NCBI GenBank assembly: GCA_965644295.1
Contig: CBFFRP010000296.1
Location: forward strand, 248,001 to 312,000
Length of the DNA: 64,000 bases
DNA from: Paraphysomonas bandaiensis
Lineage: Eukaryota > Protista > Chrysophyceae
Reading direction: 5' to 3'
Made by a program: the position numbers and the translations under genes. Every line of letters begins with the position of its first letter. The first letter of the stretch is position 1. This document shows, piece after piece, positions 35,880 to 49,610 of the stretch. The notes under the pieces were generated by a model. That model saw only the letters and a list, made by a program, of their open reading frames with translations. It was not told the DNA's origin and did not search any database.

Positions 35880-37573
35880 ATGTTCTCCATTGGTTCTACA
35901 GTGCGAGTCACTCTCCCGAGCGGTCACGTGTGTCGCTCTACCATATTATGCGACAACGAAAACGACACTTTTGATGTTTTATACAAAAACAACCCCTCAA
36001 CCCCGTCACATGATGAGCGCACTGTGGACATCAGTCAGATGGCTCCTCTACTTCCCTTTGAGCTCATACCCTTACAGGATACTTCGCCCGAGGAAGCCAA
36101 GAATTATGGGAATATTTTATTCGAAAAGAAAGACTATGATGCTGCCTATGAATACTATAGTCTTGCCAGCAAATCATTCTCAGCCCAAGCCCTCTCTGTG
36201 GGCAGTAGAGTACTAGTGCATATAAGTGAATCAAAGGGGGGCTCAGATGACGGCTCTACATATAGATTCGAAGTCGCAATGGTGTCGAATGTTCGATCCA
36301 ATGGAAATGTTGATGTTATATATGATAACGATGTGAACGGTTCTGACGAAGAAGATGACGTTGATTCGAAGCGTATATTAATTATCGTGCCAGGTTATAC
36401 GTGTATATATGATATGTGAGCACTGTGAATACACTATGTATTAATCCTGTATGTTCAGTACGTTATTAGCATACTATTGACACTATATGAGTGAGGTATT
36501 GTTATTTCTAATAGTGGTATACGAGCGACAATATATATGCCCTCATATGTGTATATATACGTAGGTATCATGTGGCGTCTATGTGTATGGCCCTGCAATC
36601 ATATAACTAGTTATTTCTGCAGAAGATAGAGAGGGGGAGTGCTCTGAATCTCACAAGCTTGAGCTTCAACGAGGCGTCTATATGAATCTCGCCAGGTGCG
36701 CACTTAAGCGAGGTTTGAGAGGCTGGGCTGTGCGGTGGGCACTTATCGCCCAGGCTCTGATCAGAGGTGTGTATATATAATGTTATGAAATTTCATTTGG
36801 TGGTGTATGTATGCTCCCTGTGTAATTATGCAATGCAGGTGAATTTGAGAGGTTTGACAACAACAAACGAACAAAGTACCTAGCCGATGTATATTTTGTC
36901 CTTTCGAAGGCTTTACTTACGGCATGTCGCCCTCATCTCGCCAAGCAGGTGGCTAAAATTAGTTTTGTAATGTGTGTATGGGAAAGTAGTGGTAACGCAT
37001 TTTGCCGTTGTATATTGCACAGTATGTCGTATCACAATAATGGTATCTCGGGTTAAATGACTTATGTGAATAGCTATTGCGTTTTATACTATATGCGTTT
37101 CCGCAGGCTGCTTTAGAATTACAGCAACTAGAGGAATCTACCTTTAATCTGAAACCCAGTGGGAGGGGTCGTGCGTTGCTCAAGGAGGTTGAACAATTCC
37201 GTTTGAAGAGGAGAAAAGACAACCGTGCTCTTGCTAAAAATATTGCAGAATGGGTAGATGTCGCTATGAACACTAGACAGCAAGTGTCCACAGAAGGTAG
37301 CCTATCATTGTCTGATTCCTTATAATATATAATGAGCTGCCGAAGAGACAATGTGATGTTGAAATGTAGTATGTACGTATCGTCACCACTAGATGTATCA
37401 ATATTGCCATGACAGCGATACTTGCAGACGATGCAGCTATGGTTTCATGTGCAACTGATGAATCAAGATCTGCGGGTGTATCACCTTCCTCAGCGCCCGC
37501 GAACTCACAGGACAGTAGCAGTTCTAACAACAGCCAAAATACAGAATCAAATTTCGATTGTATTATTTCCTGA
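35880..37573 (+). CDS. TPR-containing protein with Tudor/SH3-like segments and a predicted C-terminal CaaX box (CIIS); ~5 exons
   Basis: AKNYGNILFEKKDYDAAYEYYSLA TPR helix and YMNLARCALK; a predicted last exon 37428-37573 spliced from a donor at 37297 ends NFDCIIS*. Confidence 0.65.
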
Positions 37574-37884
37574 TATTTGTTCGAATGTGAATATGTTGTC
37601 GATCTTTTTTCCTCAATAATTATTAGTGACTATTTCATTCTTACTAGCAACTAAATTAAATAAACGAATAGCCTACGAGCAGTTAACTATAAAATGAACG
37701 TAGCTGTGCAATGTTGTTAACAATCTCAGTACGTATGATGGGTCCCACAAGATAACCACTAAACAAAAAGTATATAGTATATAACATTGATTAGCGCACA
37801 CGGTGCCCAACATGCAGATCACTGAACGCAGTACGATCTGCCTTCACAATATCAAACTATGACTGCATCTTGCTACTGATATCT

Positions 37885-39846
37885 CTATGTTATAACCTCT
37901 TCGTCGATGTCGCAGTCGTTAGCACTGTCATGCATATTTTCATCGGTCTCTGCATCCGTTTTATCAACTGTATTATTCGTATTTTTATTGGCCCCGCTAT
38001 CATCTCCTATTTCCTCTATAGGAGTGTCGTGGATGGCTTTCTCAGACTCTGCACTTCTCAAAGTGTTATTTTCACTCTTGACAGTATCAAATCTTGTGCC
38101 AACGTCATTTTCTGTTTCATCTACATCAGTATTGACATCGGTACTTTCCAGCCTCTCAGTCTCATTATCACCACTTCCTCTCTCATTCTTCGCAATTTCC
38201 ACAGTATCATTAACTGCAGTATCGACTGCTATATCAGCATTACCAGTTGTTCCGCACAAATCATCCTCAGCGATTGTAGTCTCAACATCAACTGTAGAAT
38301 CTACAGTATTTTCTGTATTCTCAACCGGTGTTCCAGTCCTCTGCTCCACATTGTTCGTATTTACATCCTCTGTAGTGTCGACAGTACGTTCTGTACCTCC
38401 AACAGATGCAGACTCAGGAAAAGCGGAAACGCTTCTCGGTGCCACTTCTTTTTCGTCCTCCTGGACCAGCACATCCTCCAACGCTACTACTTCTGATTCA
38501 TCAGTAAAACGTGCACTTTCAGAGTTCCCGAAAGTGTCATTGGTGTAATCGACAGGGGAATTTTCTTCCTCTGCAGGTAACATAGGGTTCTCTATGTCCT
38601 CAACTGTACTGGAGGCCGGCTGGAAGATTTGTGTCAACCGGGGACGATCCCCTGATATTGGCACCGGCTCGATGACCGACTCAGATTGTACTTTGGCTGC
38701 TTGATTTCGACTGTTTTGTTGTGGTGGTACGTACATTCTGCCGGGCTGATGGGGTACGGGAGACACACGACTCACTCTTCCTTCTTGCTTATCCACCTCA
38801 CGAATATCCCGTGTAGCCGGTTTCGTGTACTTCTCACGTTTAGAGTACTGCTGCGCCTTGGTCTCTTTCAAAGCTGCATTCGGAGGAGGGCCCTCTGGTA
38901 CCTTGTTGACGCGCACTGGAGCGCTCTCTTGTTGAGCACCAGTCCACATAGAAGCCTTATTAGAGGTGGTCGATTCATGCAACCTCGATCCGACATAGTC
39001 ATAAGCATGATTGGTGTGACCTGTATGCTTCTTGACCTCACACCCAGTGGGTACGGGATCAAGAACCTCTCCTACATCATCCTCAGACCCTTCTTGTTTC
39101 TCAGGGGTCCATTGCTGTCTAACAGAAGCTACTGTTGGGTTCAGCAATTTCGACTTCACGTCCTTGTACGCGTTTGGAACAGATGGCTTCGTGTAGTTTG
39201 GAGATTCCTTGTTGTCCGGCTTAGTGTTGGACTTCCAGCCTTGCTCGCGAGGATCTATATTGTGACCGCGCTTTTCTATAACTTTCTGTTTCCTAGTTGC
39301 GGTTAAATCAAATAATCGAGTACCATTCGGTGAAGTTGAAAGTTGTAGAGTTGTAGAGTCGCCACTTCCTCGTCTAGACCGGGATTGTGAGGAGGGACTA
39401 GGCTTAGGTGGCGGGGAGTACTCAGAACAACTAGATGCCTTTGTAGGGGTCAATAAGTGGGAGTTTTCTGGTAATTTTGCAGTAAGTTTCGGCTTCTTAG
39501 GCGATTGCTTCTGATAAGTCCCGCATTCGTATGCTTTCGTCGGTGACAACAGTCGAGAAGATGCAGGTAAAGGGGACACATGCTCCAGTGTCTCTGTCAT
39601 TGATCGAGGGGGCTTCTCAGGCACTTCACGAAACTTTGGATAGAACTGAGCACCTTTGCCTCCACGTTTCTCCCAGAAAGGATCATCGACAGGATTGACC
39701 TCGACTTTCCTGCGCTCTAATTCTTTCTGTGCAGCGATCATACTCTGAGTGGGCGCATAGAGCGATCTTGATTTCTTTTCAGCTGATTTCTTATTCTCAT
39801 GACGATCAGAGAGAGTCAGACCATCCATACTATTCGCTGCATCCAT
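37885..39846 (-). CDS. Uncharacterised, probably disordered protein: basic N-terminal half with (S/R)LLxPTxAS-like repeats and an acidic C-terminal half
   Basis: 653-aa intronless ORF; repeats SLYAPTQS, SRLLSPTKA, SHLLTPTKAS, SKLLNPTVAS and SRLHESTTS. Confidence 0.75.
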   Translation of the reverse strand: MDAANSMDGLTLSDRHENKKSAEKKSRSLYAPTQSMIAAQKELERRKVEVNPVDDPFWEKRGGKGAQFYPKFREVPEKPPRSMTETLEHVSPLPASSRLLSPTKAYECGTYQKQSPKKPKLTAKLPENSHLLTPTKASSCSEYSPPPKPSPSSQSRSRRGSGDSTTLQLSTSPNGTRLFDLTATRKQKVIEKRGHNIDPREQGWKSNTKPDNKESPNYTKPSVPNAYKDVKSKLLNPTVASVRQQWTPEKQEGSEDDVGEVLDPVPTGCEVKKHTGHTNHAYDYVGSRLHESTTSNKASMWTGAQQESAPVRVNKVPEGPPPNAALKETKAQQYSKREKYTKPATRDIREVDKQEGRVSRVSPVPHQPGRMYVPPQQNSRNQAAKVQSESVIEPVPISGDRPRLTQIFQPASSTVEDIENPMLPAEEENSPVDYTNDTFGNSESARFTDESEVVALEDVLVQEDEKEVAPRSVSAFPESASVGGTERTVDTTEDVNTNNVEQRTGTPVENTENTVDSTVDVETTIAEDDLCGTTGNADIAVDTAVNDTVEIAKNERGSGDNETERLESTDVNTDVDETENDVGTRFDTVKSENNTLRSAESEKAIHDTPIEEIGDDSGANKNTNNTVDKTDAETDENMHDSANDCDIDEEVIT

Positions 39847-40494
39847 GAGGGGAAAGAGACAATGATTGAATTAGGTTAAAGGCGGTGCAGGTGAAGGGGA
39901 TCGATAGGGCGTGAGCTCATACGAATAGCGAATAAACTCCGACACATCCAGCAACTCACCACATAGATACATACATACGGTATACTGTACCGGTCTACAT
40001 ATGCAGCAGTAGTAGAGGACAGGACATGAATACCTGTTGGCACGTACCGGTACCGTAGTACTGTATCTCTAACACACACATGCCACTGCGTATACACTTC
40101 AATCACCCATTCACCTATCAACTCCATCTCCGTGCTTTCAATTGGCCAGTAGTTAGTGTATGCAATTACTCCAGTGGTGTTTTTTCGTGACCAAGCATTT
40201 TGCTTCAGAATATGTGTGTATATTTTGTGATTCGAAACTTCAGTGCGATAGAATCAAATGCAGCGACAGTATTTAGACGGCTGTTGGTGGGTGGATACAA
40301 ACATAAAGGGCTGCTGCTAAGCCACCCAGAGAGGACATCGAATATATACCACTCTCCCAATTATTCTTTAATTATTTTGATCTAATAGCAGTGACTAGAT
40401 GAGATATTTAGTTAGATAGAACTAATGGGATGCCGGGTATAGTGTAGAGGGTATTCCGTTGTTTGTAGTTATAGCAACCTTTGTTGCATGAGAA

Positions 40495-41758
40495 ATGGAC
40501 GCATGCAATCTGATTGTCAATTATCTTCCGCCGGATATGGGCGAGAGCGAGCTGAGGGTATGTTTATTGTTTCATTTATAGAATGAATCAGCCAATTAAT
40601 GCATCAGGCGCTGTTTTCACCGCACGGAAAAATCGTTCGTTCAAAAGTTGTGAGGGAGAAAGCGTCTGGAAAAAGTGCGTGTTACGGATTTGTTCTCTTT
40701 AAGAATGAGGCCAGTGCCGCTGAAGCCCTCACAGCAAAGAATGGTATGGTGATCAAGAGTAAAACTCTCAAAGTAAGCATTGCCCGGCCCCGGAAGAAAA
40801 ATGACATATCAAATTCCAAGCTATATATTACTGGTCTACCAGCTTCTTATGCTACAGCAGACGTTGAAGAGTTATTTTCTAAGGTCAGTGGGTTTTGTAT
40901 ATTTCTCATCTAGGAGTGGAAGAGTATTTATGCCCTTTGCAGTATGGCGAAGTAGTCAGTATGCGACTTCTACGGCACAGTGATGGTAGCAGCAAAGGCA
41001 AAGCATTTCTGGAGTATAATGAACCTTCTGAATGTGATGAAGGTATAGGGAATCCGTATTGATTTTATGTTGCTTAATTAACGAGTTTACTGTAAGCAAT
41101 GACCAAATTGCACGGAGTGACACTTCCTGGGTCTAGCGTCGCGCTTTCTGTTTTGATATTCAACCCTAACCACTACGAGAGGAGAAGATTAAGCGAATCG
41201 CTGGAGGAGAGCAATGCACAAAGTGAACTCTCCGCTGGTGCAATCATTGACTGTCCCCTCGCTTCCCAGTCTCCTAAAACCGGGACATTGAGTATTGAGA
41301 CCAAAGGAAATCCACTTCCGACCCCTCCTGTACATGCCGTATCATCCCCTTCATACGGTCAGCACCCTTATCCGGTGTATGCTGCTGCATCTCCTGCCCA
41401 ACCACCTGGTGGGCCTCAAGGATCTATTTTTTGGAACGAATGCCACTCTCATGTGGTTTCCCCAGTGTCCGCCGACGTGGCCAGTTTGCGGTACACTTTC
41501 AAAATATGGGATATTCCCCCATACACTAATATAGGCCATTTGTACCATATATTTTCTCACTACGGTATTGTGTTATCTGCTGCCATAGATGTAGCGTTTT
41601 CATCATCGAATGGCTATGTCGGTGGTTACGTTTGTTCTGGAACGGGCACGGTCGATATGCTCGGGACACCTGGGCTGAAGGACGCTGCTCTTGTTGCTCT
41701 AAATAGTACAATTGTGTTCGAAGGATGGAGTCTCATCAAGGTTGCCATCCTCTGCTGA
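40495..41758 (+). CDS. ELAV/Sex-lethal-like RRM RNA-binding protein (two RRMs plus a degenerate third), multi-exon
   Basis: NLIVNYLP (RNP2), KSACYGFV (RNP1), KTLKVSIARP, KLYITGLP and SKGKAFLEY motifs. Confidence 0.85.
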
Positions 41759-42929
41759 TATCATGGGATAATCGCCATCAGATCATGCACTTATCTTAGT
41801 GATTAGTGAACATGGCGGGCCGGTGTGCGTATGGAGTATCCTTTGATACCAAATATTTTTTTGCAGCTCACATGGATGAGCACTTCAGATTTTTCTTAAT
41901 GACTTTCGCGGTGTTTTTACTGGATAGTGGTTGCCTTCTATATTATCTCTATGTCTACAAGATAGTGCATTTCTGTCTGGTGGGCTCAAATTGAGATATA
42001 TCGAAGTGGCACATAAAAAGGTAGGGAAAATCAATATTGTTTTCTAATGCGCCTCGTCACTCTAACAGGTTACCTTTGCGCAAACCTAAGAATTTTAGAA
42101 TTAGATAGCAACTATTTTATATTTCTTTTGCGTGCCATGAGCAAATAATAGAATTGTAAGTAACAATGTGTTGGTAGCAAAATCAACCAATGCAGCTGCC
42201 GTATAAATCTGCAACTGATGTGAATGAATATAGCAAATAGCAGTGTCTCATTATCGGGATCACTTTACAGTTGTAGTGTACATCTTAGTCTTGTCTATAA
42301 TTTTTGAATATTCCCGAATATAACTATCCAGCACACTACGGATTGCGGAAGCGCGTAAGGGTAGAAGGTAGAACTCATTTACACATTTCAACGATGATGA
42401 ATCAGCTGGTAACCACAATCGTTGTCTTTTGTGGGGTGTATATGGCTACGAACTTAATTTTACCTCTTTGAGAATAGACCTCCTTGGGATGCCGATTGAG
42501 AATAGTACAGTGATTGACGCTACTAATCATCATAAAATCAGATTCATCATTATTAAATTCACCTTATGCTGATTGAACAGTACAACTGTGCCTTCATCAT
42601 TCATCATATATTGCTCGGAGTTCTACTGTTTCATAAACTTGTTTAACTTTGCCATCTCCGTATTTTCAATTAATGCGTCTAAAGCTGATCCCAATACTTC
42701 TAACCTACTATCTAAATGACTACCTGTGTTTTATTGGATATACCGATATATTGCTTAACACACGTACTATATGAAGACTTCTTGTTCCCGATATGTTTTC
42801 GATTTTCAAGATATCTATTAACGTAATCATACTTTGCAATGTGTAGTCCTCAGGTTCAAATATAGCATGCATCACACTGCAGAAACATCCAATACTTTGA
42901 GTGAATCGGCAATAGCACCATATTTAAGT

Positions 42930-45900
42930 TCAGTGCTCTCCATTTACTGGCATATTTAAAAAAGTGTAGTTCCTTCGTGTTTCTTCCGGGTGTAATGACG
43001 AAAATGATTCAACGGTATGTCCATTAGTAGAGGAACTTCTAAGAGTCCATTTGAATGCCAAGAGACCTTCCACACCGACAGGCCCACGAGGGCTGGTCCT
43101 GTTCGTTGACACGCCGACCTCAGCCCCGAGGCCAAATCTAATTAAATTAATTGTCAGTCAGATAATGTGTGATGAAAAACCCACATACCGATAGCCATCA
43201 GAAAACCGCGTCGACGCATTGTGAAACACACAAGCACTGTCTACTTCTCGAAGAAATCGCTCAGCCAATGCCTTGTTCTCCGTCACAATACAATCCGTGT
43301 GAGCACTAATTAATTCTCAGAAAAACATTTTTCCCCAACACGTAGATTACCTTCCGTATTTATGAATATGACGAATGGCGTGGTCAACGGAGTCGACGAC
43401 CTCCATTGATATAACGAGATCGCCATACTCACTGCTGAAATCTTCTACTCGCCTAGTAGTCAGGCCAAGCCCAATGGCAATTTCACCTCTGAGTACCAGT
43501 CAGTACATATACTGAGAGGCTACAAAAATCTTACCCCAACACTTCTACACCTGCATCTCTCAACCCCTTTAGCACTGCCGCAGCAACGCCATTTTCAAGA
43601 GTCTTGCGGTGAAAAAGAACCGTCTCGGCCGCATTGCAGGCTACATCAGATGTCACAGAAGCTTATCACGAAGTTACACATATAGCACCTGAGGGGTAAT
43701 CAATTTTAGAGTCTACCGTGACTGCAACGGCGGTGCTGAGATCAGCAGCCTCGTCCACATATACGTGACATATACCCTCGGCATGACCCATCACCGGGAT
43801 ACGGGTATTATCCTGTCAATAGGTAAACAGTCAGAAATGTCGAGTTAGCACTGACTCACTATCACCTTAATATAGCGGACTAATGACGCAGATCCTCGAG
43901 GTATTACGAGGTCAATGACATCGTCCTGCTTGAGTAAAGGAGGTATGTCTGACCGTGAGGTGACAAGGCCGATTACATTGCCTGGCACTTCACCATTAGA
44001 AGCATCAGAGATAGCACGCGAAACAATAGAATAAAGAATTGCATTGCTCTTCTCTGCTTCACTTCCGCCTACACAATAGTTTAGTGAGTACAAATGATTA
44101 CCTACGTCATCGTATTTCCTACCCTTCAGAACTAGTCCGTTGCCAGATCTGATGGCACATGCTGCAATTTGAGGAAGACAGTCTGGTCTGGATTCAAATA
44201 TGATCAGCAAAACACCTGCGGAGTATTAGGTCAGATACACACTAAGTAATCCTTTGGATACCTATTGGGCATGAAATCTTATCTAGAACAAGCCCATCAG
44301 AAACGCCAACGCGAGAGAGTATCTGACAATCTTGTCACACATTGTACAAAAAAATCTTCATTTCTACCTTCCCTAGTGGTTCTCCTTGTTCCGATATTGA
44401 GCGGATTCCATCCACCAAAGCGTCCATCTTTTGTGAAGTCAATTTAAGCCGTCTAAGCATCTGCTTATTGAGTCCCCTATAAATCAAATCACAACCAAGA
44501 GGAAAGGATACGAAGCTTGAACGTATATACACACTAACCCTTTCTCCGCGGAATCCAGATCCTCCTTGTTAGCTGCCAATATATCCTCTCGGTTCTCATC
44601 AATTTTGCGAGCAACTGTTTTTAACAGATACAGTGTGAGGATAACTTAAAACTGAAGGGGAGTAAATTTATTAGGCACCCACTCTCTAGTAGAATACGGT
44701 CCCGAGTGGCAGAGTCAGCCCTTTGTAGTGCTCGGCTGCCTTCCCGTGCCTGTGATGCAATGACCCTGGCCTGATCCCCAACATCCTTCAAACGGGCTTC
44801 TTCGGGAGTCATATCCGAATCACCGCTCATTTCCATCGTATCCTCAGTAACTTCGTCTTCCTGAGTACTACAAATACGCATTGCATATGGTCAATATTGT
44901 GAGTATACGGTATACGCATAGTACACACGTAAATATGCTTTGCCAAATACATACTTCGATACTCACTTACCCCAAGAAGAGAGTACCCCACTTGTCACCA
45001 CGAAATATCCTAGGGAGAGTATCAGGATGGTCTCCAGCAGCAATAACGACAGCAGGTACACCACGATCAATAGCTCTGAGAAAAATGAGATGACAGAGTA
45101 TTTAAACTGCAACATTACTTGAGTGCAGCATCCACTTTTGCCCCCATGCCTCCACGCCCCTGTGCACTTTTGTCTCCCACTTCGAAACCGGTCTTATGGG
45201 TATAAGTACTGATAATACGCGCTTTCGGGTGGGAAGGTGGACGATCAAATACACCCTCCACGTCCGTCAACAGAACAAGTAGCTATGTCGCAATGTAAGA
45301 ACACTGAACATTACATAAAATAAACTTACATGAGCATTCATACCACCCGCCACTAGGGATGCCAAGGAGTCGTTGTCTGAGAATGTCGTACCGAACAGCT
45401 CATGTCTGTTACACACAGCATAATGAGTGAGTTATACGTATCAGTTTATCCAGCACAACGTACCCTTGGTTAGCGGATACTGCATCATTTTCGTTCAGCA
45501 AAGGCACAATACCCAGACGGAGCAACTGCTCCATAACATTCTGAAATACAATAAATAAATACCTACATCGATAGAAGGTCATTACTCCAATGACCTGTAC
45601 ATTCTGACAACGTTCCGGAGAAGCGAAATCATAGCAAGTAAGCACCAGTTGAGACGTCCGGATATCATGCTGGTCGAACATGGTTGAATACAATGAAATA
45701 AGTCCAAGTTGACCAGCGGCTGCACAGGCTGCATTATAGGATTTGGGACAAAGCATGTCTGGTTCCCCATTGCTATTTAGAGCAGTTTGCCTGTAATACA
45801 GTTCCATAGAACATTACGCAATGAAACATAAAAAGGGTTATATTGATCACCAACAGATCAATACCCAAGGTGTCAAAATAAACAGAACAGAAAGCAAGTG

Positions 45901-46244
45901 TCTCACCCAGAGTAGGCCCCATACTCATCCTGATATCTGAGCTTCTGTTTTCCCACCCCAACCGCTCCAGATGTGACGATAATGACTTGTTTGCCGGCTC
46001 GAACCAAATCAGCAGCCTGTGCAACACATCACACATCAGTTATGGCAGTGATCAGCCCCTTACGTGCTCTACAATGTTCGCTATTCGAGGTAGAGAAGGG
46101 TGTCCCAGAGGAGTCGACACAGTGCTCGTTCCAGCCTTAATAACTAGTAGACGTTACGACCGACACAGCACACAATAACTGTACTGTACCGATTCTCTGC
46201 GCCTGCGAAATGTCTTTCCTGGATGTAATCTTAACCTCTTCCAT
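42930..46244 (-). CDS. P5CS: Delta-1-pyrroline-5-carboxylate synthase (glutamate 5-kinase plus gamma-glutamyl phosphate reductase), many short introns
   Basis: [91 protein letters not shown] and RGPVGVEGL motifs. Confidence 0.94.
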
Positions 46245-46826
46245 GATGTCAATTGATTATTAACTGGTAATGTATAGTTAAGTGTGTGTCGTATGGATAT
46301 ATGCCGCAGTATGCTACAGTGAAGTGAAGTGAGGAAGATGAAGTATGGGCGGCTTATACGTTTGATGGGCGGTGCTGTGTGTTGAGTGATATGGACTGTA
46401 AGGTGTGACTGACTTCCTTGCGAGTACGTACCGTACCGTACATACCATATAGAATTCGTTTGGATGGATTTGTGGTGTGACATGTACGTAGCAGTGTCCG
46501 GTATACAGTTGTATCGGCCGCAGCACAACGAAACATAAAACGCAGATTTTCGATGAAAACTGCCGATTTAAGTGTTTTATTTCTTGAGGCTGTGATATCT
46601 ATCATATACTGCTGTATATCTACTGTATATGTACTGCTGCTGTATGTACCTATTCGATCTACTGTACCTCAATACTTTGTCTACTATACTCTATAGACAG
46701 GTACAGGCAGGTGCTGCATATGCACTCAGATTCACCTAATTGTTAGTATTAAAGCAAATGTTCCTCTAAACGTACGTATACTAAGTCAACTCGAACTAAA
46801 GGTGCCTATCGCTTGAGTCCCTGACA

Positions 46827-48859
46827 ATGATAGTCGCTGACAAGAGAGTCCTCAAGGCTAATCTCGAGAAGGGCTCCATAGCGATACAGTATAAGTTAAT
46901 ATATTTATACTCACAGAACTTAAATGCTCTGGCGACCATATCAGAGCTCATTGCCGGTCTCGCCATGGTTGCCCTCATGGAAACAGAGTACAGCACAGGT
47001 ATCACATGCGACCTATCACGATGGTCTCTCAGCTGTCGATGATGTGGTGTGTTTGCAGGAGAAATACCAGACAGTGTTTTCGGTTATATTTATTACTTCT
47101 TTGCGGCAGTATGCCTGATTGCCGCACTCTTGGCTTATACGACTGCTGGAGTCGAAATTGTATGGGGTCCAATAATGGCGTTAAGTGGTAACAACCAGCA
47201 AGAAGTCAGGGAAGCCACTAGACATATGCGCAGTCAACAGAACGATAGTTTTTTCTGGGGAACCGGTGCGATTGTAACTCTATTTATTGGGACATGGGTA
47301 TTTGAGTTAGCTCAGAGCGGATATTATGTGGGAATCGTCGTTACTATTGTTCTGGCTGTGGCCTTATTTTTCATTATTTACGAAGGGCGTCGGGCCTATG
47401 ATATGTTCGACATAAATAAGCGCGCACGAGGTATTTATTAGCATGCCATGATATTCTTTGCATAATGCTTAAACTTATTGGTGGTATTTTCACGTACTGT
47501 TCAATGTATGTGCGGTAATAGCAAACTAGATATGATTTAATTCTATTATCGTATATCCATACAGATACTAAATTAGTTGAAGTAAATGAAGAGAAGGATG
47601 ATGAGGAAGAGGCAAAGTCCACGAAACATTTCTCTGGGAAATCGGTAGTCAACGCGGCAAACGTTATAATTAGTGGTAGCGTATCGAATTTGAAGGTATA
47701 TGGAAGTGTAGTATATGTGTTGCCTCTAATGTTGTTTTTGGAATTGTTGATTGTCGTTCATGTCGTTATGAAGCAGTTAGGAGTATTTTGTATATACACT
47801 CTACCTGTTATATTGTGAATGTTCACTCTACCTATTATATTTTGCAGTCAAAGTCGGAGGAGCGGTACAAAAAAACTCGCGATAAGCTGCATGCTTTAGA
47901 AGAGGTAATTAATCGTCTTAGACTTTGGTAGAGTTAATGTGTTACGGACTATTAGAAACTGGCTAGTATCAAAGGTCGTGGAATAGTATGGAGTAAGAGC
48001 TTGTACGTGCAGGAAAGAAAAGAGCAAAGTGACTGTTTTCACAAGTGTTTTGCGGTTGTGGAGAATGGAAAGTTAGATTTGTATACCGACGAGGAGGTGG
48101 TTATATGTCCTCTTTGTCCTCCAGGTGTCATTGTTCGTTTCGTTACAGGCATTTAATTTGCACAGGAACTCGTGCAACTCCACTCCTTTCAAACTTCATG
48201 AGTATGAGCTTGAGACAAATACCCGGTAAATATGCTTATCATATTTTATTATATTCCCGCAGTTGTAAAGTTTGGTGTGATTATTGTGCTACTTTGCTAT
48301 TGGCAGAAAGCTGTCGTCTATATCATCGGGGAAATTGTCTGCCACAAGTGCTCTTCGAGGTGCTCTGCTTGGTAACCAGGAGATTTCATTTCAAGATGCA
48401 ATCTCCGCTGACTTTGATGTGCAAGCAGCCGCTCAGAAGTACAAATTTTCGCTTCTTCCAAAGGTGATTATATGTATGGCCTAGGTGCTATTTAATGTGT
48501 TGCCATGTCCATTACTTTTATAATTATCACACTGTTTTATATCTGGTAGTCTTTAGCGCAGTGTAATATGTATATCAGGTGTCCTCGGAGCTCTCACTAC
48601 GTGAAGCTCTTCATTTTATGGCAGAGGATGAGATTGACTACTCGCAATGGTTGAAAGTTCTAAGGGTTGTTATCGCGTAAGATCATTGCATTAGGATTAC
48701 ATCATGTCCTGACTCTTTCTAAATAGGACACTTGATGAAATCGAGGCTATCAAAGAGAGTGATTTCATGGAGACGTGGGTTTAAGTATTTTCTGTTTGCA
48801 ATGTGTAATCTTTTATTGTAGCGGAGGTGCCTCGGACCAAGCCGTTAAATATGCTGTGA
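46827..48859 (+). CDS. Four-TM Orai-like membrane protein fused to a C-terminal PH-like domain, ~10 exons
   Basis: TM1 LATISELIAGLAMVALME resembles Orai TM1 SALLSGFAMVAMVE; three further hydrophobic helices; KCFAVVENGKLDLY and HFMAEDEIDYSQWLKVL are PH-like. Exon borders predicted by eye. Confidence 0.6.
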
Positions 48860-49340
48860 AGTCGGCCTATGAGAAAAGATTATAATGGTTATATATTCCC
48901 TTAGGTAAATAGTATTATATTTAGGTTTTGTAATGGTGAGATGTATATACGGTAATGCTATGGCCAGTTGAGTTGTGATCATGGAAGAGCTATAAATTTG
49001 TTTGGTGCTTGCGAACTGCTTGCGCAATGCATTGTTTAGGGTTAGATATTACTTAAGGTACATCCTTTAAAGGTTTACGTCTGACATGAAGCACATGTGT
49101 TGTGGTCGTTTGGCACACACTACATACATCATGTGGCTGGTTAAAGTTTCAAACGCACTACCGGACCTTTATGCTCATTCTGAAATTAATGAATGCTAGT
49201 GAATGCTCTGTAAGAAATATATTAAAGTCTGTTTATATTAAAAATATTGGCGTTTGTGAGTCAGAACTAGCGTTTGGTAGCTCAATGAAGACTAGTCAAA
49301 GTTAAATATAAGCATAAAACTATCAATAGCAGAGTAGTAT

Positions 49341-49610
49341 AACTCTGATATCCTACTTTATATCGCTACAAAAGTTGCTATGCGTCACCGTAAGTACCAC
49401 CACCATCGCTCTCTGTTCTTAAGGTGAACTACCCCGGATGCTTGATTGAATCAGGTAGCTCAAACCCCGGATGTCCTTGAGGTGGGTCCATTCCCGGATG
49501 CCTGTTTATTTGTGCAGGCCCAAAGACGTCTACACAAGTGACACTTATATTAGTGTGTTATTTGTGCCACACAAGCATTTGGCTATGAGTAGGCAGAGCA
49601 ATATCTGCCC
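49341..49610 (-). mobile_element. SINE-like ~270-bp repeat copy
   Basis: Aligns with 4605-4853 (ccggatgcctgtttatt, ccacacaagcatt.ggctatgagtaggcaga) and with 11275-11537. Confidence 0.8.
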
